This document shows, piece by piece, positions 51,426-64,000 of a stretch of 64,000 nt of DNA. The stretch comes from Leucoraja erinacea (Eukaryota), in assembly GCF_028641065.1 (NCBI RefSeq), contig NC_073379.1:39494001-39558000 (forward strand). The letters are read 5' to 3'. The translations under genes and the position numbers were made by a program. The notes beneath the pieces were generated by a model. The model was not told the origin of the DNA and made no database searches. It saw nothing but the letters and a program-made list of their open reading frames with translations. The first letter of the stretch is position 1. Every line of letters begins with the position of its first letter.

Positions 51426-53664
51426 TAAAATTCTTATATTTCCTCACAGGGCACGAGTTCATCAACAGACACCCAGAGCGCACACGATCTAACTCGCCCA
51501 CTTGCCTCTCGTACAGGGCAAATTACAATCACCAATTAACCTGTCAGCGCCTCTTTGGGATATGAGAAGAAACCAAGCAAACGGGAAAAACCTATGGTGT
51601 CACATGAAAAATGCACAAACTCCGTACGGAAGGTCTGGATGGAATCTGGGTCATTGGAGTTATGACGTAGCAGCACTGCCCGTGTGCCACTATAGCACCC
51701 TAAATTATTCAGTTGCATATTTTCAGTTTAGTTTTCTTGTCACGTGTACCGAGGTACAGTGAAACTGTACTGTTTGCACTTTGATTTTAAATAAAGTGGG
51801 CAGCTTATCACACATTAATTAAAATAGCCTTTTTACCTTTCCCTATAATAAAATAAGTTTCTGAAGTAATGCAAAAAACATGGAATTTATACTTGGGGTT
51901 TTTCAAATGCCCAGTGGATGGAATAATGTTACGTTTGACAAAAATAAGATATTGCTTCCCTCTTCTGAAGACTCAGTTATAGTTTCACAAAAAATCAGCT
52001 GCTTGCTCTTGTCTCAATGATTCAGATGCAAGATCAGATGAATGGAGGGCATTAGAGTCTCTCCAACCCTGTCCCCTGAAACATTACAACAGATCACAAA
52101 TTCAATATTGATAAAGAGTCTGTAATTTCAGGATCCATTTTGTCTTATAGCCTTGTGCCACTCAAGCTGAAAATAGTTGGCCAAGAGAAGACTGACCAAT
52201 GCATAGTCAAAGTAAATGTAAACAAATATACCTGGACTTCAGTGTTTTATACAACGTGTGGCTCCACACTTTCGATGTAAAAGATTGTTGGTGGGAGAGC
52301 TTCGATGAATAGCCTCAGCAGGATACCTCCAGGTTGAAATAAATTGGATAAATGGATCAACTCTGCAGCTTGTAAGTTTAAGTAATAAACTTGTTGGCTT
52401 TAGTTATGTAAACTATTTAAACTACCTCTTTAATATAGAATATGAATACAAAATTAACTGGACAGATTTAGTAAACAGTAATTTATTTGTGCAGTGAAGT
52501 TGCAGTCGCTTCCTTCACAATAATAAAGTATTTCAATTGTTAAAAATATAATCTTAAACCTCAAAAACAACTGAAACTTGTCAATTTAAACATCAAGATC
52601 TAAGGATTCCATCCCGTAACAGATTCAAAGACAAAATAGTGCAGATTTTGGAAACCTGAAAGGCAAGCAAAAAATGCTGAAAATACTTGGGTCAGGCTGC
52701 ATTTGTGGAGAGAAATAGAATTAATGTTTCAAGTTATTGATCTTTCATCCTAATCAGATTCAACCAGAAGCTTAAATCTTGCATTTTCTGAAAGCAGGCA
52801 AGAATTATAGAATTCTGGTGATTTCAGCTTTTCAGACTAATGACTGTCAGGTCTCAACGTGCAAAAGATTTTAATACATGCAAATTGAGATTCATCCATT
52901 TTGCAAATAGTCTTAAGTGGTCAAATAATGTTAAGCGGTTTCATTTACTGGACTGCAAAGAGCAAACGGAAGGATGCATATTAATATTTAACCAGATGCT
53001 TCAACACATAACATAATGCGTATTGCTCTTCACACAAGCATCAAAATGACTAAATCCAATATGAAATAAAAACATTAATGATGTTATATCTATAAAAAGC
53101 CTTGAAATGTTTTATCAGATTTTGTACAGCACAAACTAACAATGCATGATGTTTGTCATGCGGAAAGGCTTTACACTTCCTTGCCTATTATTTCACATGC
53201 CTGCATCACTAAAACGTTGCACAGGAATTTGCCTTTTGCCCCTTGGGAATTAACTTAAGTCTGGAAATAACTTCAAGGACTTTCTAAAGAATCCAATCAA
53301 TCCATGTCAGTGTTTATACTTCACATGAGTCTCCTCCCACCTTATTTTGGGTCTCAATATGTGCTTCTATTCCTCCATGCCTTTACAGCTTTGTGATATA
53401 ATTCCTATGAAAACATTCTCATATTACAGCATTTTGAAATATATTTACCACCAAATACCCTATTTAGCAAATGTATATAGTTCTAAAATATATTCATTTT
53501 TTCCGCTCCAATATAGCTGCATCTGCAAATTTGATGTTTTATAATATCTATTTTTTAAATATATGAATGGTTTATAAATGTGGCATTATTGCTTATGAGA
53601 TGTCATTTTCCATTTTCTGCTGCTTCAGATTAATCCATTACATTCTGCTTTAAGTGTAAGGTTG

Positions 53665-53822
53665 TTAGATGTGGCCCTTGTGGCTAAGGGGATCAGGGGG
53701 TATGGAGAGAAGGCAGGTACGGATACTGAATTGGATGATCAGCCATGATCATATTGAATGGCGGTGCAGGCTCGAAGGGCCGAATGGCCTACTCCTGCAC
53801 CTATTTTCTATGTTTCTATGTT
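53665..53822 (+). mobile_element. CR1 3' tail
   Basis: GATCAGCCATGATCATATTGAATGGCGGTGCAGGCTCGAAGGGCCGAATGGCCTACTCC followed by (TTTCTATG)n. Confidence 0.85.
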
Positions 53823-54295
53823 GCTTTCCATCTGACCATTTGTTCCCTGAAATTACATAATCTGGTTATTTATTCAGTCGATTTGGCAGAATGATCTACC
53901 TTTTCTTTGAAATCTAGATGGATAACACTCACCCTATTGTCCTCACCTCTTTTGTGAGAGTATTCAGCAAGGTAGTACTTAAAGCTTGATTGAGATTTTT
54001 TTTAAAGAGTCCCTTGGCCTGCCTTCTCTTTCTTAAACGTAGCTTTAAAAGCAGCAATCCAACAATGCCAGATTCTACTGGCAATATATTTTCTTTAAAT
54101 TATTAAATATGTGTAAAAGCGACTGCTATTTTTTGCTAAAATCTTCCAAAATCTGCATATGCCATCCAGTGCAGGTATTTATTTTTAATTTTTCTAAAAA
54201 GGTTCAAAACCTTGTTTGTCTCATTCATGCTGCTTCATTAATTTGAGGCATCATCTTATTTTAAGCATGAGTCACTGTCAGCCATGGTTTTCTTA

Positions 54296-54496
54296 TGCCC
54301 CTGTCCCACTTAGGAAACCTGAACGGAAACCTCTAGAGACCCAAGGTTTCTGTGCGGTTCTCGGAGGTTGCAGGTGGTTGCCGGAGGTTGCAGGTAGGGA
54401 GACTGACAAAAACCTCTGGGAACCGCATGGAAACCTTGGGTGGGGCACAAAGTCTCCAGAGGTTTCCGTTCCGGTTTCCTAAGTGGGACAGGGGCA
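54296..54496. mobile_element. Short deletion derivative of the 18517-19264 Harbinger-like MITE
   Basis: Same TIRs, 201 bp, almost entirely palindromic. Confidence 0.85.
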
Positions 54497-55394
54497 TTTG
54501 CATTTCAATTCAAATATCCATAATGTTTTCCTCAGAATCTGCTTTTCTCCAGGTTATGAATGTGAATTTAGTCATATTTCTAATCGGTATGTTGGGAAAC
54601 ATGCCTGTTAACCATTTCTGTTTAGTTTAGTGATAGAGTTGAAACAGGCCCTTCGGCCAGTTTGCAAACCTTCTGATCTCTGTCACACTTTTTGGCAATG
54701 ACAACATTTTCCAAATTTGAGAGCTCGCAGTTTTCATGTAATCGAGTTTAAAAGCAGATCTGAAAACAAAAGTTTGCAGTCAAATTACAGGTGAATAGGC
54801 AGACACCATATATTACCCTCTCCACTTTCATAACAAGATACATTATAAGATAGACATGCAAACCATTTCAGTGGGATTTATATAGACATTTGTTCAATTC
54901 AGGCAGTTTTCGTGTTTTTTCCCAGAATTAATAATTCTAACATGACTGTTGAAATGTAACTGCAGTAATGATTAACAGTAACAAATAGCTTTTAAAAAGT
55001 TGGTTAATTCTCTGTTCATTGTTAGACTTGTATAAAATGAGAAAATGTAAATTTGCTAGTCTCATCGAATGGAATCAAAATTAAAATACATTTTAATTTA
55101 TATTAAAGCATAGGAACAAGAGTCCATTCAACTCCAGTACTTTACCACAATTGAATTAGATAAAACACAACCTTAGTTCATCATCATTCATCTTTCATCT
55201 GTACTATTTAAGATTACCGCTTAAAAACACTGATCCCAATCTTGCAAATTTCAATTTAGTTAGGATCAATAAACTTTTGGTAGGATTGGGGAATGCAGAG
55301 TTTAATGTTTCCATTACACATGGGAAATGCTCTGTCCTAAATTACCGATATCTACTTGTGCTTTCCCACTAGAAAAGAGAGTGTTTTAAATGAC

Positions 55395-56000
55395 TGAATG
55401 AATAAGTTTATTGGCCAAGTGTTCACATACAAGGAATTTGACTTGGTGCTCCGCCCGCAAGTGACAACATGACATACAATGACAGTTAAGAATGATAAAT
55501 GAATGATAAATTAAGAATGAAACATTAAACATTAATAATAAAACAACATTGATTAAACATGTGAATTAAATATAATACCAGAGCAAAATGAGGCTACAGA
55601 TTTTTGGTTATTGAGTAGAGCTACTACTCGTGGAAAAAAGCTGTCTGGCTGTGGCAGCTTTGACAGTCCAGAGTCACCTTCCAAAGAGAAGTAATTCAAA
55701 GAGTTTGTGGTCAGGGTGAGAGGGGTCAAAGATGATCTTACCCATTTGCTTCCTGGCCCTTGCAGTGTACAGTTTGTCAATGGAGGGAAGGTTTCAGCCA
55801 ATAACCTTCTTAGCCAATCGGATGATTCGCTGCAGCCTCCAGATGTCTTGCTTGGTGGCTGAGCCAAACCAGACCATGATGGAGAAGGTGAGGTCATCTA
55901 CGATGGCTATATTGAATTGGACCATCATTGCCTGAGGCAGATTGTGTTTCCTCAGCTGCCGCAGAAAGTACATCCTCTGTTGTGCCTTTTTGACGAGTCA
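55395..56000 (-). mobile_element. Rex1/Babar-like LINE 3' fragment
   Basis: Minus strand KKAQQRMYFLRQLRKHNLPQAMMVQF; tail CCAATAAAC then (TTCA)-like repeats. Confidence 0.75.
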
Positions 56001-56006
56001 ATGGTA

Positions 56007-56545
56007 CAGTGCTCGAAATTAATGGTTGCCCGGGTGCCAATGGCAACCTAAAGTCCCGCCGGGCAACCTAAAAGCCGTGCCATTTTGCCCAGCTTGGCAA
56101 GCACCCGGGACACCTGCCGCTCAACTCTGAGCGGGGGCCCCCTCTATCCCTCTCTGTCACTCTCTGTCTCTGCCCATCATCCGTGTCCGGGCCACCGGGC
56201 TCTGCTCAATGATCTTTGGCCGAGTCTCCGCTCTCCGGCCACTCCTCATCCGCCGGCACGGCCGGCCGTCTTGCACATGCGCATTGCCACGACCTACACA
56301 CCCTCCACTGCACATGCATACAACCACGGCCAGCACATCATCGGCCACTCTGCACATGCGCACTGCCACGGCAACTGGTCGGCGCCGGGCACTTTCTCCC
56401 TCCCTGTGCAATGAGGGAGATCTGGCCACCATTGCTGTCCAGGGAGCTGCCTCGCCGCGACCTCTGAAAACCATCGCAGAATTACTCCTTGGAACTGGAG
56501 TAAATTTTGCTTCTTGGTTTCCTGGTCCTCCAAAAATATCCAAAA
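56007..56545. mobile_element. Possible hAT-like DNA transposon end
   Basis: Begins CAGTGCTCGAAATT with repeated GGCAACC/GGTTGCC subterminal motifs; GC-rich; no second TIR seen. Confidence 0.35.
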
Positions 56546-56724
56546 AAAACCTGCCTTAAATTTAGTTGCATCTGGTTGGGTAATTATGGTAGGGTGAAGA
56601 CTATTCCATGCTTTAATTGTGCGGGGGAAGTCCATGGAGCAGTCAGCAACTCTGGATAGAAGAAATTAGGTGACGTTTTCGGTAGAGGCCCTTCTTTAGA
56701 CTCCCTCTGGTTTTAATATTTTTA

Positions 56725-58800
56725 GTTTTGGTTTTACTGTGTAGAAATTACAGCAGTGTTTATACATAGTCCTCCCATTTCAAGGGCACCATAATGTTTG
56801 GAAAACAGCAATATAATGTAAATGAAAGTAGTCATGTTTAGTATTTGTTGCATTTCCTTTGCATGCAATGACTGCTTGAAGTCTGCGATTCATGGACATC
56901 ACCAGTTGCTGGGAAAGTCGTGCTCAATTATGTTCAGATCGGGTGATTGACGGCCACTCGAATTGACCATTTTTTAGCTTTGACAAACTCCTTTGTTGCT
57001 TTAACAGTATGTTTGGGATCATTGTTTTGCTGTAGAATGAACTACCGACCAATTAATTTTGAGGCATTTGTTTGAACTTAAGCTGATAGGATGTGCCTAT
57101 GCAATTATAACCATATAACCATATAACAATTACAGCACGGAAACAGGCCATCTCGACCTTTCTAGTCCGTTCCGAACACATAATCTCCCCTAGTCCCACT
57201 TCAGAATTCATTATGCTACTACCATCAGCAGTTGTATCATCAATGAAGATAAGTGAGCCAAAACCTTCAGCAGCCATACATGCCCAGGCCATAACACCCC
57301 CACCACCGTGTTTTGCAGATGATGTGGTATTTTTTTGAGCTTGAGCAGTTCCCTCTCTCCTTCATATCAGTGGTGGCAAGAGCCCCCCCTTCCTTCACCA
57401 GCCCATTATGCAGGCGGGGAACAGGGCAAGCGTGTCTGAGTGAAATTCACACGTTGCAAAGCCAATGTGATACAGCCACATACACCGCGATGAACAGGAA
57501 GGTTGACTCTGTTATTAAGACGGTGAAAGCACATTGTATGGGAAGGGTCACATAAGTCCTTTAAAAGGGAGGGAGCGAAGGAGTGGAGACAACTTTTAAG
57601 AAGCCAAAGATACACGGCTGTGAAGCTCAGCAGACATTAACATTACCAGACGGTTATCCTTGGTTTTGAAAACTACTGCTTGTGTTTTTTTTCCCCAATG
57701 AGCCAATGAAATTCACCGGTCAGCACCGGCTACACCTACCCCAACCTTCGACCTCCTGGCCACTCACTTACGGCACGAGAATTCTCGCTACTCTACATGG
57801 CGGCTTCGTTCTGGTTGCCGCTAATTTTTCAACATTAAAAAAATTTGCGGCAACCATAACGAGGCTGCCACTAGTTCCCAGAATGCGGGAACTCCTCATG
57901 TCCATGAAGGCGACTCCCCGGCAACCACCCGCGAACATGTGGTAACCGCAGTCGTCCAAAAAATCGCCTAAGTGGGACAGGTTCATTAATATTTGTCTCA
58001 TCTGTCCACAAGACCTTTTTCCAGAACTGTGGTTTCTCTTTTTATTACTTCTTGGGAACCTTAACCTGGCCATCCTATTTTTGCGGCTAAACAGTGGTTT
58101 GCATCATGCAGTATTTCTGTTCGTGAAGTCTTTTGCGGGCAGTGGTCATTGACAAATCCACACCTGACACCTGAAGAATGTTTCTGATCTGTCAGACAGG
58201 TGTTTGGAGCTTTTTCTTTATTATAGAGAGAATTCTTCTGTCATCAGCTGTGGAGGTCTACCTTGGCCTGCCAGTCCCTTTGTGATTAGTAATCTCACCA
58301 GTGCTCTCTTTCTTCTTTATGATGTTCCAAACAGTTGATTTTGGTAAGTCTAAGGTTTGGCTGATGTCTCTAAGAATTTTAATCTTGTTTCTCAGTCTCA
58401 TAATGGCTTCTTTGACTTTCATTGGCACAACTTTAGTCCTCATGTTGATAAACAGCAATAAAAGTTTACAATGGTGATGGAAAGACGAGGCGCTGAGAGT
58501 TCTCTTATACCTGCATTAAAGAAGCATTTAAACACACCTGAGCAATTACAAACACCTGTGAAGCCATGTGTCCCAAACATTATGGTGCCCTGAAATGGGG
58601 GGGGGGGAGACTATGCATAAACACAGCAGTAATTTCTACATGGTGAAAACAAAATGTAAAAAAATGTCCTTTATTAAAATCTGACAATGTGCAGTTTAAC
58701 CACGTGATTTTTTTTTTCCTATTACAAATCTGAAATTGTTGAGTTCAGATGCAAATAAATAAATGATGGGTCTTTGTCCCAAACATTGTGGAGGGCACTG
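56725..58800 (-). mobile_element. Tc1 family A copy with nested CR1 tail (about 57105-57197) and Harbinger-like MITE fragment (about 57370-57985)
   Basis: MAWACMAAEG and MRTKVVPMKVKEAIMRL remnants; TIR ends GGAGGGCACTG|TA at 58800; the insert ends CCTAAGTGGGACAGG. Confidence 0.88.
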
Positions 58801-58809
58801 TATATAAAA

Positions 58810-60305
58810 TAGGAAGAGCAGCTAAAGTAACTTGGAGAATGAATCTGCTGAATAGGAAATGGAGAATGGACAATGATTTTGTATAATTAATGATAAAAGA
58901 CAATAAATTATCACAATAACAGTAGATAATCATGGGGCTATTGGAAAAACTTCAAGCAATCTTTATCATTAGACAAACACCAATTGGCTAAAGGGCGATA
59001 AAAAATTTTCGGGCCCGAATAGCCTGCTTCCATGATTCTTAATGGAAGTGGCTGCAGAGGTAGTGAATGTAATCGACCAAAATTCCCTCTGTTCTGGAGA
59101 GATCCCAGAGGATTGGGAGAGAAAACACATGTAATGTTATTCAAGAAAGGAAGCAGTAAACTTTAGGATAGTTCGCCTAACTTCTGTCATTGGGAAATTG
59201 ATTCCATTATTGAGGAAGTAATGAAGCAGGACATTTAAAAAAAAATCATAATATAATCAAATGGAATCAAAATGATTTCATGAAATGGATTTATTTATTT
59301 ATTTGGATTTTCAGAAGACATCTTTTGTGTGACATAAGGTTAGTGCACAAATGAGACTGCATGGTGTTGAGGGTAACGTTTCATGTGGGTAAGGGTTTAG
59401 CTAACCAGTGGAAAGTGGGTAGTATAAATGGATGTTTTCAAATTGGCATTCAGTGACTACGGTGTTACAAGAATCAGTACTTGGCCTCGACTATTTACAA
59501 TCTGTATTAATAATCGGGAATTTGGACCAACTGTCCTTCAGCCAAATTTGTTGAACATAAGTCAGTTGCAAAGAGCCTGCAAAGGGATGTAAATATGTTT
59601 TGTGAGTGGGCAAGATGTTTGCTGATGGAATGTAATAAAGAAAAATGAGAAATTGGAATGAAAGAAGAAGAATATTGGAATGAGACTATAGATGTTGTGA
59701 TACATCATGGGCTCTAATTGCATAAAACAAAGGATTGGCATGTAGATAAGCAAGTAATCAGAAAGACTAACATAATCTTGGCCTTCATTACAAAGGATAT
59801 ACATTATAAAAGGGGTGTTTTCATGTAATTTTACATGGTGCTGATGAGGCCACAACTACCCCACTGCCCATAGTTTTGCTCTACGTAATTAAGAAAGGAA
59901 ATACTGACATTGCAGAGACGGTTCACTTGGTTCAATCCTTAACGAGTTTGAGGAGGTCGTGCTTATACCTATTGTGCTTCAGAAGAATGAGTGATGATCT
60001 GAAATATTAGTTTCTGAGGAAAATAAAACAGTTGTGTTTCTGGAATAAGGGAGCATTGCCACACAATATAAAGTCACCTATTTTCGACAGATGAGGAGGA
60101 ATTTCTAATGATTGTTGTGATTCTTTGGAATTGTCCACCCTGCTTGGCTGTGGAAGTAGACTCATTTGTTACATTTAAGACAGTTATTTGAATCCGATGC
60201 GGGGAAGAGAGTGCGAAATTGGCATTAAGGCCAAGGTGTTGGGCTGTGAGCTTATTGGCAGAGCAGACTCGGAGCATTTAGCCTACTCTTGCTCTTGTTT
60301 CTTAT
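58810..60305 (+). mobile_element. Old, highly degraded CR1 LINE
   Basis: Scattered RT-region and 3' tail remnants ending GCCTACTCTTGCTCTTGTTTCTTATG. Confidence 0.55.
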
Positions 60306-60553
60306 GCTCACACATGCTTACAATACACAAATGCACATATATGATAAATGGGCACATGCACAATTTGCGCACAGACTGCTCAGGCAGTCCCTCTGAATAA
60401 ATTATTACTTCCCCTCTATTGTTGTTTTTTGTGGTCACTAAAGAAGCCTATGTGGAAAATTCGGACTCTTAATATGTTTGTAACTGAGGTTAATGAATCA
60501 AAACAATCCTTTACCCTTTGTAGTTATAAATGTTTTCGCACCAAGAGCGCGCG

Positions 60554-60555
60554 CA

Positions 60556-60619
<64 letters not shown>
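60554..60619. repeat. (CA)n microsatellite flanked by (GC)n
   Basis: Directly visible. Confidence 0.97.
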
Positions 60620-60621
<2 letters not shown>

Positions 60622-61417
60622 CGCGCGTGCGAGCCAGATGCCAGAGTTCTGCAGCTGCAGATATCAGCTTAATATTTTGCTTTGTTCCATAAGAATAATG
60701 TACAGATAGGCAATTATACTAATATAATGGATTATAGTCTAAGGGACCAGAATCTGCATTCTCTTCAGTAAATAGCTAATGGCTCTTAATGCTAACCCTG
60801 TGTGTCGGGTCCAGCTGGAGCAACAAATAACATTTTTTAAATCCATTTTGAAAAGCTTTTCTGTTAGATTAATGGACATGTGATTTTTCTCAAATAAAGC
60901 CAAAATATATTTTCTACTTCAACATAAGTAAAAACAAACTCTGGTGTTAAAAGAAAACGAATGAACTTTTATTTATATAATTCTTTCTGTGTGCTTTTAG
61001 GAATTCCAAAGCACAGTACAGCCAATGGAACACCTTGTGCAGTGCAGCAGTTAGTGGAGCACACTAAACTCTCATCAATGGTAGACGATCTTTGTTATTT
61101 TACTGTATTAATTGAAAGAGAGACGCTTTGCAGGGATAGCACTCCTGCTGCTCTTGTTTCAATCTACACAAAAAAAAGAATCGGGCAAGGCCTCGATTTA
61201 AGGTCTGGTGTGTGGAGAAAATTTTGGTGGCGGAGCAATCAGTTACCCATGATTGTGTTCTTTCGGTTTTGTTTTGGAGAGACTTTATGCATTATAGCTT
61301 CCAAAAAACACATTGCACTTTATAATTTAATGGGACCCACAACAGACAGGTTGTTTATTACAAGGTTTTGGTTCAATACCGACAAGAGGCATCTGTACCT
61401 AGTGCACGAACAACATA

Positions 61418-61552
61418 TGTGTAGGAAAGAACTGCAGATACTGGTTTACATCGAAGGTAGACACAAAATGCTGGAGTAACTCAGTGGGACAGGCAGCATC
61501 TCTGGAGAGAGAGAATGGGTGATGTTTCGGGGCAAGACCCTTCTTCAGACTG
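61418..61552 (-). repeat. Stand-alone Penelope terminal segment with hammerhead motif
   Basis: Minus strand CTGAAGAAGGGTCTTGCCCCGAAACATC followed by the shared tail of about 100 nt. Confidence 0.8.
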
Positions 61553-61649
61553 AATATGATGATGCATTTTATTTGCTGGCGCCTAAGGACACCTTGCAGG
61601 ACATAAAATCACAATACATTTATCAATATTAAAATCTTCGGGCGCTTTT

Positions 61650-62575
61650 CAAAGTCTCAAGTACACCTTACAAAAATTAACAGAAGAGAAAAAAAACATA
61701 TGTCGGAGAAAAATAAATAATAAGGACATCATCAATACACAAATTAAAGATAGAAATCGCTCCAAAGACACAAAATCAAAAAAAAACAATGTGAAGAGAG
61801 AGCAGCGGCATCTAAAGCGCGTCAGCGTCCACTCTCCCTTCCGACAGCCATCTTGGACACAGACTAACATGATTAACTTACACACAGAAAAATCATCCCC
61901 CCACAATGGTTACCACTGTGGGGGAAGGCACAATGTCCAGTCCCCATCCCCAGTTCACCGAAAGTCAGGCCTATTGAGGCCACCGCTATTGTCTCTACGG
62001 AGGCCCGATGTTCCTGGCCGTTCTAGCCGGGTGGTGTTGCCCCGGCGTCGGGAGAGTCCTCACAGCGGCTGGGCCACCTGGAACGGCCGCTTCCTAGCAG
62101 GGAATTGTCGGCTTCCGAAGCCAACAGGGCCGCGCCGGGTTGGAGCTCCCAGGCTCCCGATGTTAAAGTCGGCGCTGCCCGCTCCGCAGACCCGCAGCCC
62201 GGAGGTGTTGATCTCGGCAGTCACGGCTCACCGGAGCTCCAGCGCGGCGACCCAGGCAAGGCATCGCCCGCTCCGCGATAGGGCTCCAGCGCTGTGCTGC
62301 CAACGAAGCCGAGGTGCTGGGCGGTCCCGGCCAGGAAACGGCGCTCCACGCCCGCTGGTAGGCACGAGGACGGGTCGACGAGCAGCCCGGAGAAAAAAGC
62401 TGTCTCACCGACCAGGTAGGGACCTAGAAGTATAATTACCTCCTTCTCCCCACATTAAGAAGTCCATTTCTCCAACAAACGAAGAACATGACTCACTAAA
62501 AACTTTAAGAAAAAATGAATTAAACGGACGGCTGCTGGTTAGTAGTCGTTCCTCAAGATAGCTCCTCCTCCTCTT
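61650..62575 (-). mobile_element. GC-rich non-autonomous retroelement
   Basis: Similar to 24770-25370 (GATGTTAAAGTC.GCGCTGCCC) with the same head, T-tract and body layout. Confidence 0.6.
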
Positions 62576-63054
62576 ATTCAGAATATATTCTGAATAATAC
62601 TAAATAAATTGTTTAATTATTAATTGAGTTATTGTAATTGATATGGTGCAATATTTTTCTGGTCGTCACAATTGTAGTTGCAGTAATGGGTGCAGTCGTG
62701 CTTTATATAGAGGAAAAACTCAACTCTTAAATATTTTCAAAGCTGTGCTGAAAATACACAGCACACTGTAAACAGACAAGCAGCAGCATTGCATCTAATT
62801 TTAATTTGCCGGTTCCAATTGAGGGCCTGCTGCAGTAATTTTTCTGTTGTACTTCCTGCACTTTGTGTGCTTTGACTTTGCATCACCTTAGATAATTGCT
62901 ACAGCTGATTATAATGTCAGCATGGTTTTATTATATATTGGGGAAACATTGATGCAGGGTTGATTTTGTTGCATTGATATTAATGTTTACTGCATTATGT
63001 CAGCTGTGTTATAGATGAATTGTGAACAATGTAGAAGAGAACATTGCAAGCATA

Positions 63055-64000
63055 GTTTGAGTTTAGTTTATTATCACGTGTACTGAGGTACAGTGAAAAG
63101 CTTTTGTTACAAGCTAACCAGTCAGTGGAAGGACAATACATGATTACAATCGTGTCGTCCATGGTGTACAGATACACGATAAAGGGAAAAATGTGAATGG
63201 TGTTTAGTGCAAGGTAAAGTCTGATGGAGGGTCTCCAATAAGGTAGATAGTAGCTCAGGACTGCTCTTTAGTTGTTGATGGGGTGGTTCAATTGCCTGAT
63301 AGTAGGCAATTTTGTTGTTATTGTGGAAGAAACTGTCCCTGAATCTGGAGGTGTGCATTTTCACTCTTCTATACCTTTTGCCTGATGGGATAGGGGAGGA
63401 GAGGGAATGGCAGTGTGCTTCCTTGATTTTGCTGGTGGCCTTGTCGAGGCAGTGTAAGGTGTAAATGGATTAGATGGAAGGGTGGTTGGTTTGTGTGATG
63501 GTCTGGGCTGTGATTTTTTGTGGAGCTGTTTTTCCCAAACCATGATGTGATGCATCTCGATAAATTGTTTTCTACCGCACATCAGTAGAAGTTGTTGGGG
63601 ACCTGCTGAACTTCCTAAGCCTTCTAAGGAAGTAGAGACATTGGGGTGCTTTCTTGGCCATTGCTTTAATGTGGAAGGTCCAGGACAAGTTGCTGGTGAT
63701 ATTTACTCCTAGGAATTTGAAACTCTCAACCATCCCTACATTGGTAGAGTCAATGCAAATCGGATATGTGCACCGCTTTGCTTCCTGAAGTCGATCACTA
63801 TCTCCTTTGTCTTGCTGACATTGAGAGAAATGTTGTTGTCTCAAAACCAGGTCATGAGGTTCTCGGTCTCCTTTCTGTACTCCGTCTCATCTTTGTTTGA
63901 TATCTGGCACACCACGATGGTGTCGTCTGCGAATTTGTAAATTGAATTGGATTTGTACATGGCTGCGCAGTTGTGGGTGTGCAAGGAGTAAAGAAGGGGG
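63055..64000 (-). mobile_element. Rex1/Babar LINE 3' portion
   Basis: KFADDT, ESFKFLGVNITSNLSW, KKAPQCLYFLRRLRKF; tail GTACCTCAGTACACGTGATAATAAAC(TAAAC). Confidence 0.85.

Noticed and set aside
60961-61479. 172-aa ORF
   Set aside because: No recognisable motif, and its C-terminus runs into a Penelope terminal repeat.
61791-62435. 214-aa Arg/Pro-rich ORF, and similar ORFs at 31057-31607
   Set aside because: They lie within GC-rich repeat copies and the frames are not visibly preserved between copies.

Overview
Repeat-rich vertebrate genomic DNA, most likely a cartilaginous fish such as a skate or ray (inferred from HE1/V-SINE-like SINEs, CR1 tails and abundant Penelope fragments). There are two divergent host genes. 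C9orf85 is on the minus strand, and I reconstructed four coding exons with GT-AG sites and compatible phases (32895-32996, 23847-23953, 18053-18166, 10387-10684; about 206 aa). ABHD17B is on the plus strand, with its first coding exon (41053-41519) inside a CpG island; its later exons were not found in this window. The rest is mostly transposon-derived: DIRS-type, L1, CR1, Rex1/Babar, Penelope, two Tc1 families, Harbinger-like MITEs, a Helitron-like end and unclassified TIR/foldback elements. The most notable observations are: (1) about 20 dispersed copies of a Penelope-linked minimal hammerhead ribozyme motif, some in tandem or inverted pairs; (2) a complex patch at 4.5-9.7 kb with a hairpin-capped DIRS fragment next to an internal L1 fragment flanked by a 194-bp duplication; (3) a GC-rich non-autonomous retroelement family whose 3' stem-loop varies in sequence but keeps its pairing; (4) an unclassified CpG-retaining TIR element. 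Repeat boundaries are approximate and family names come from motif recognition, not database searches.
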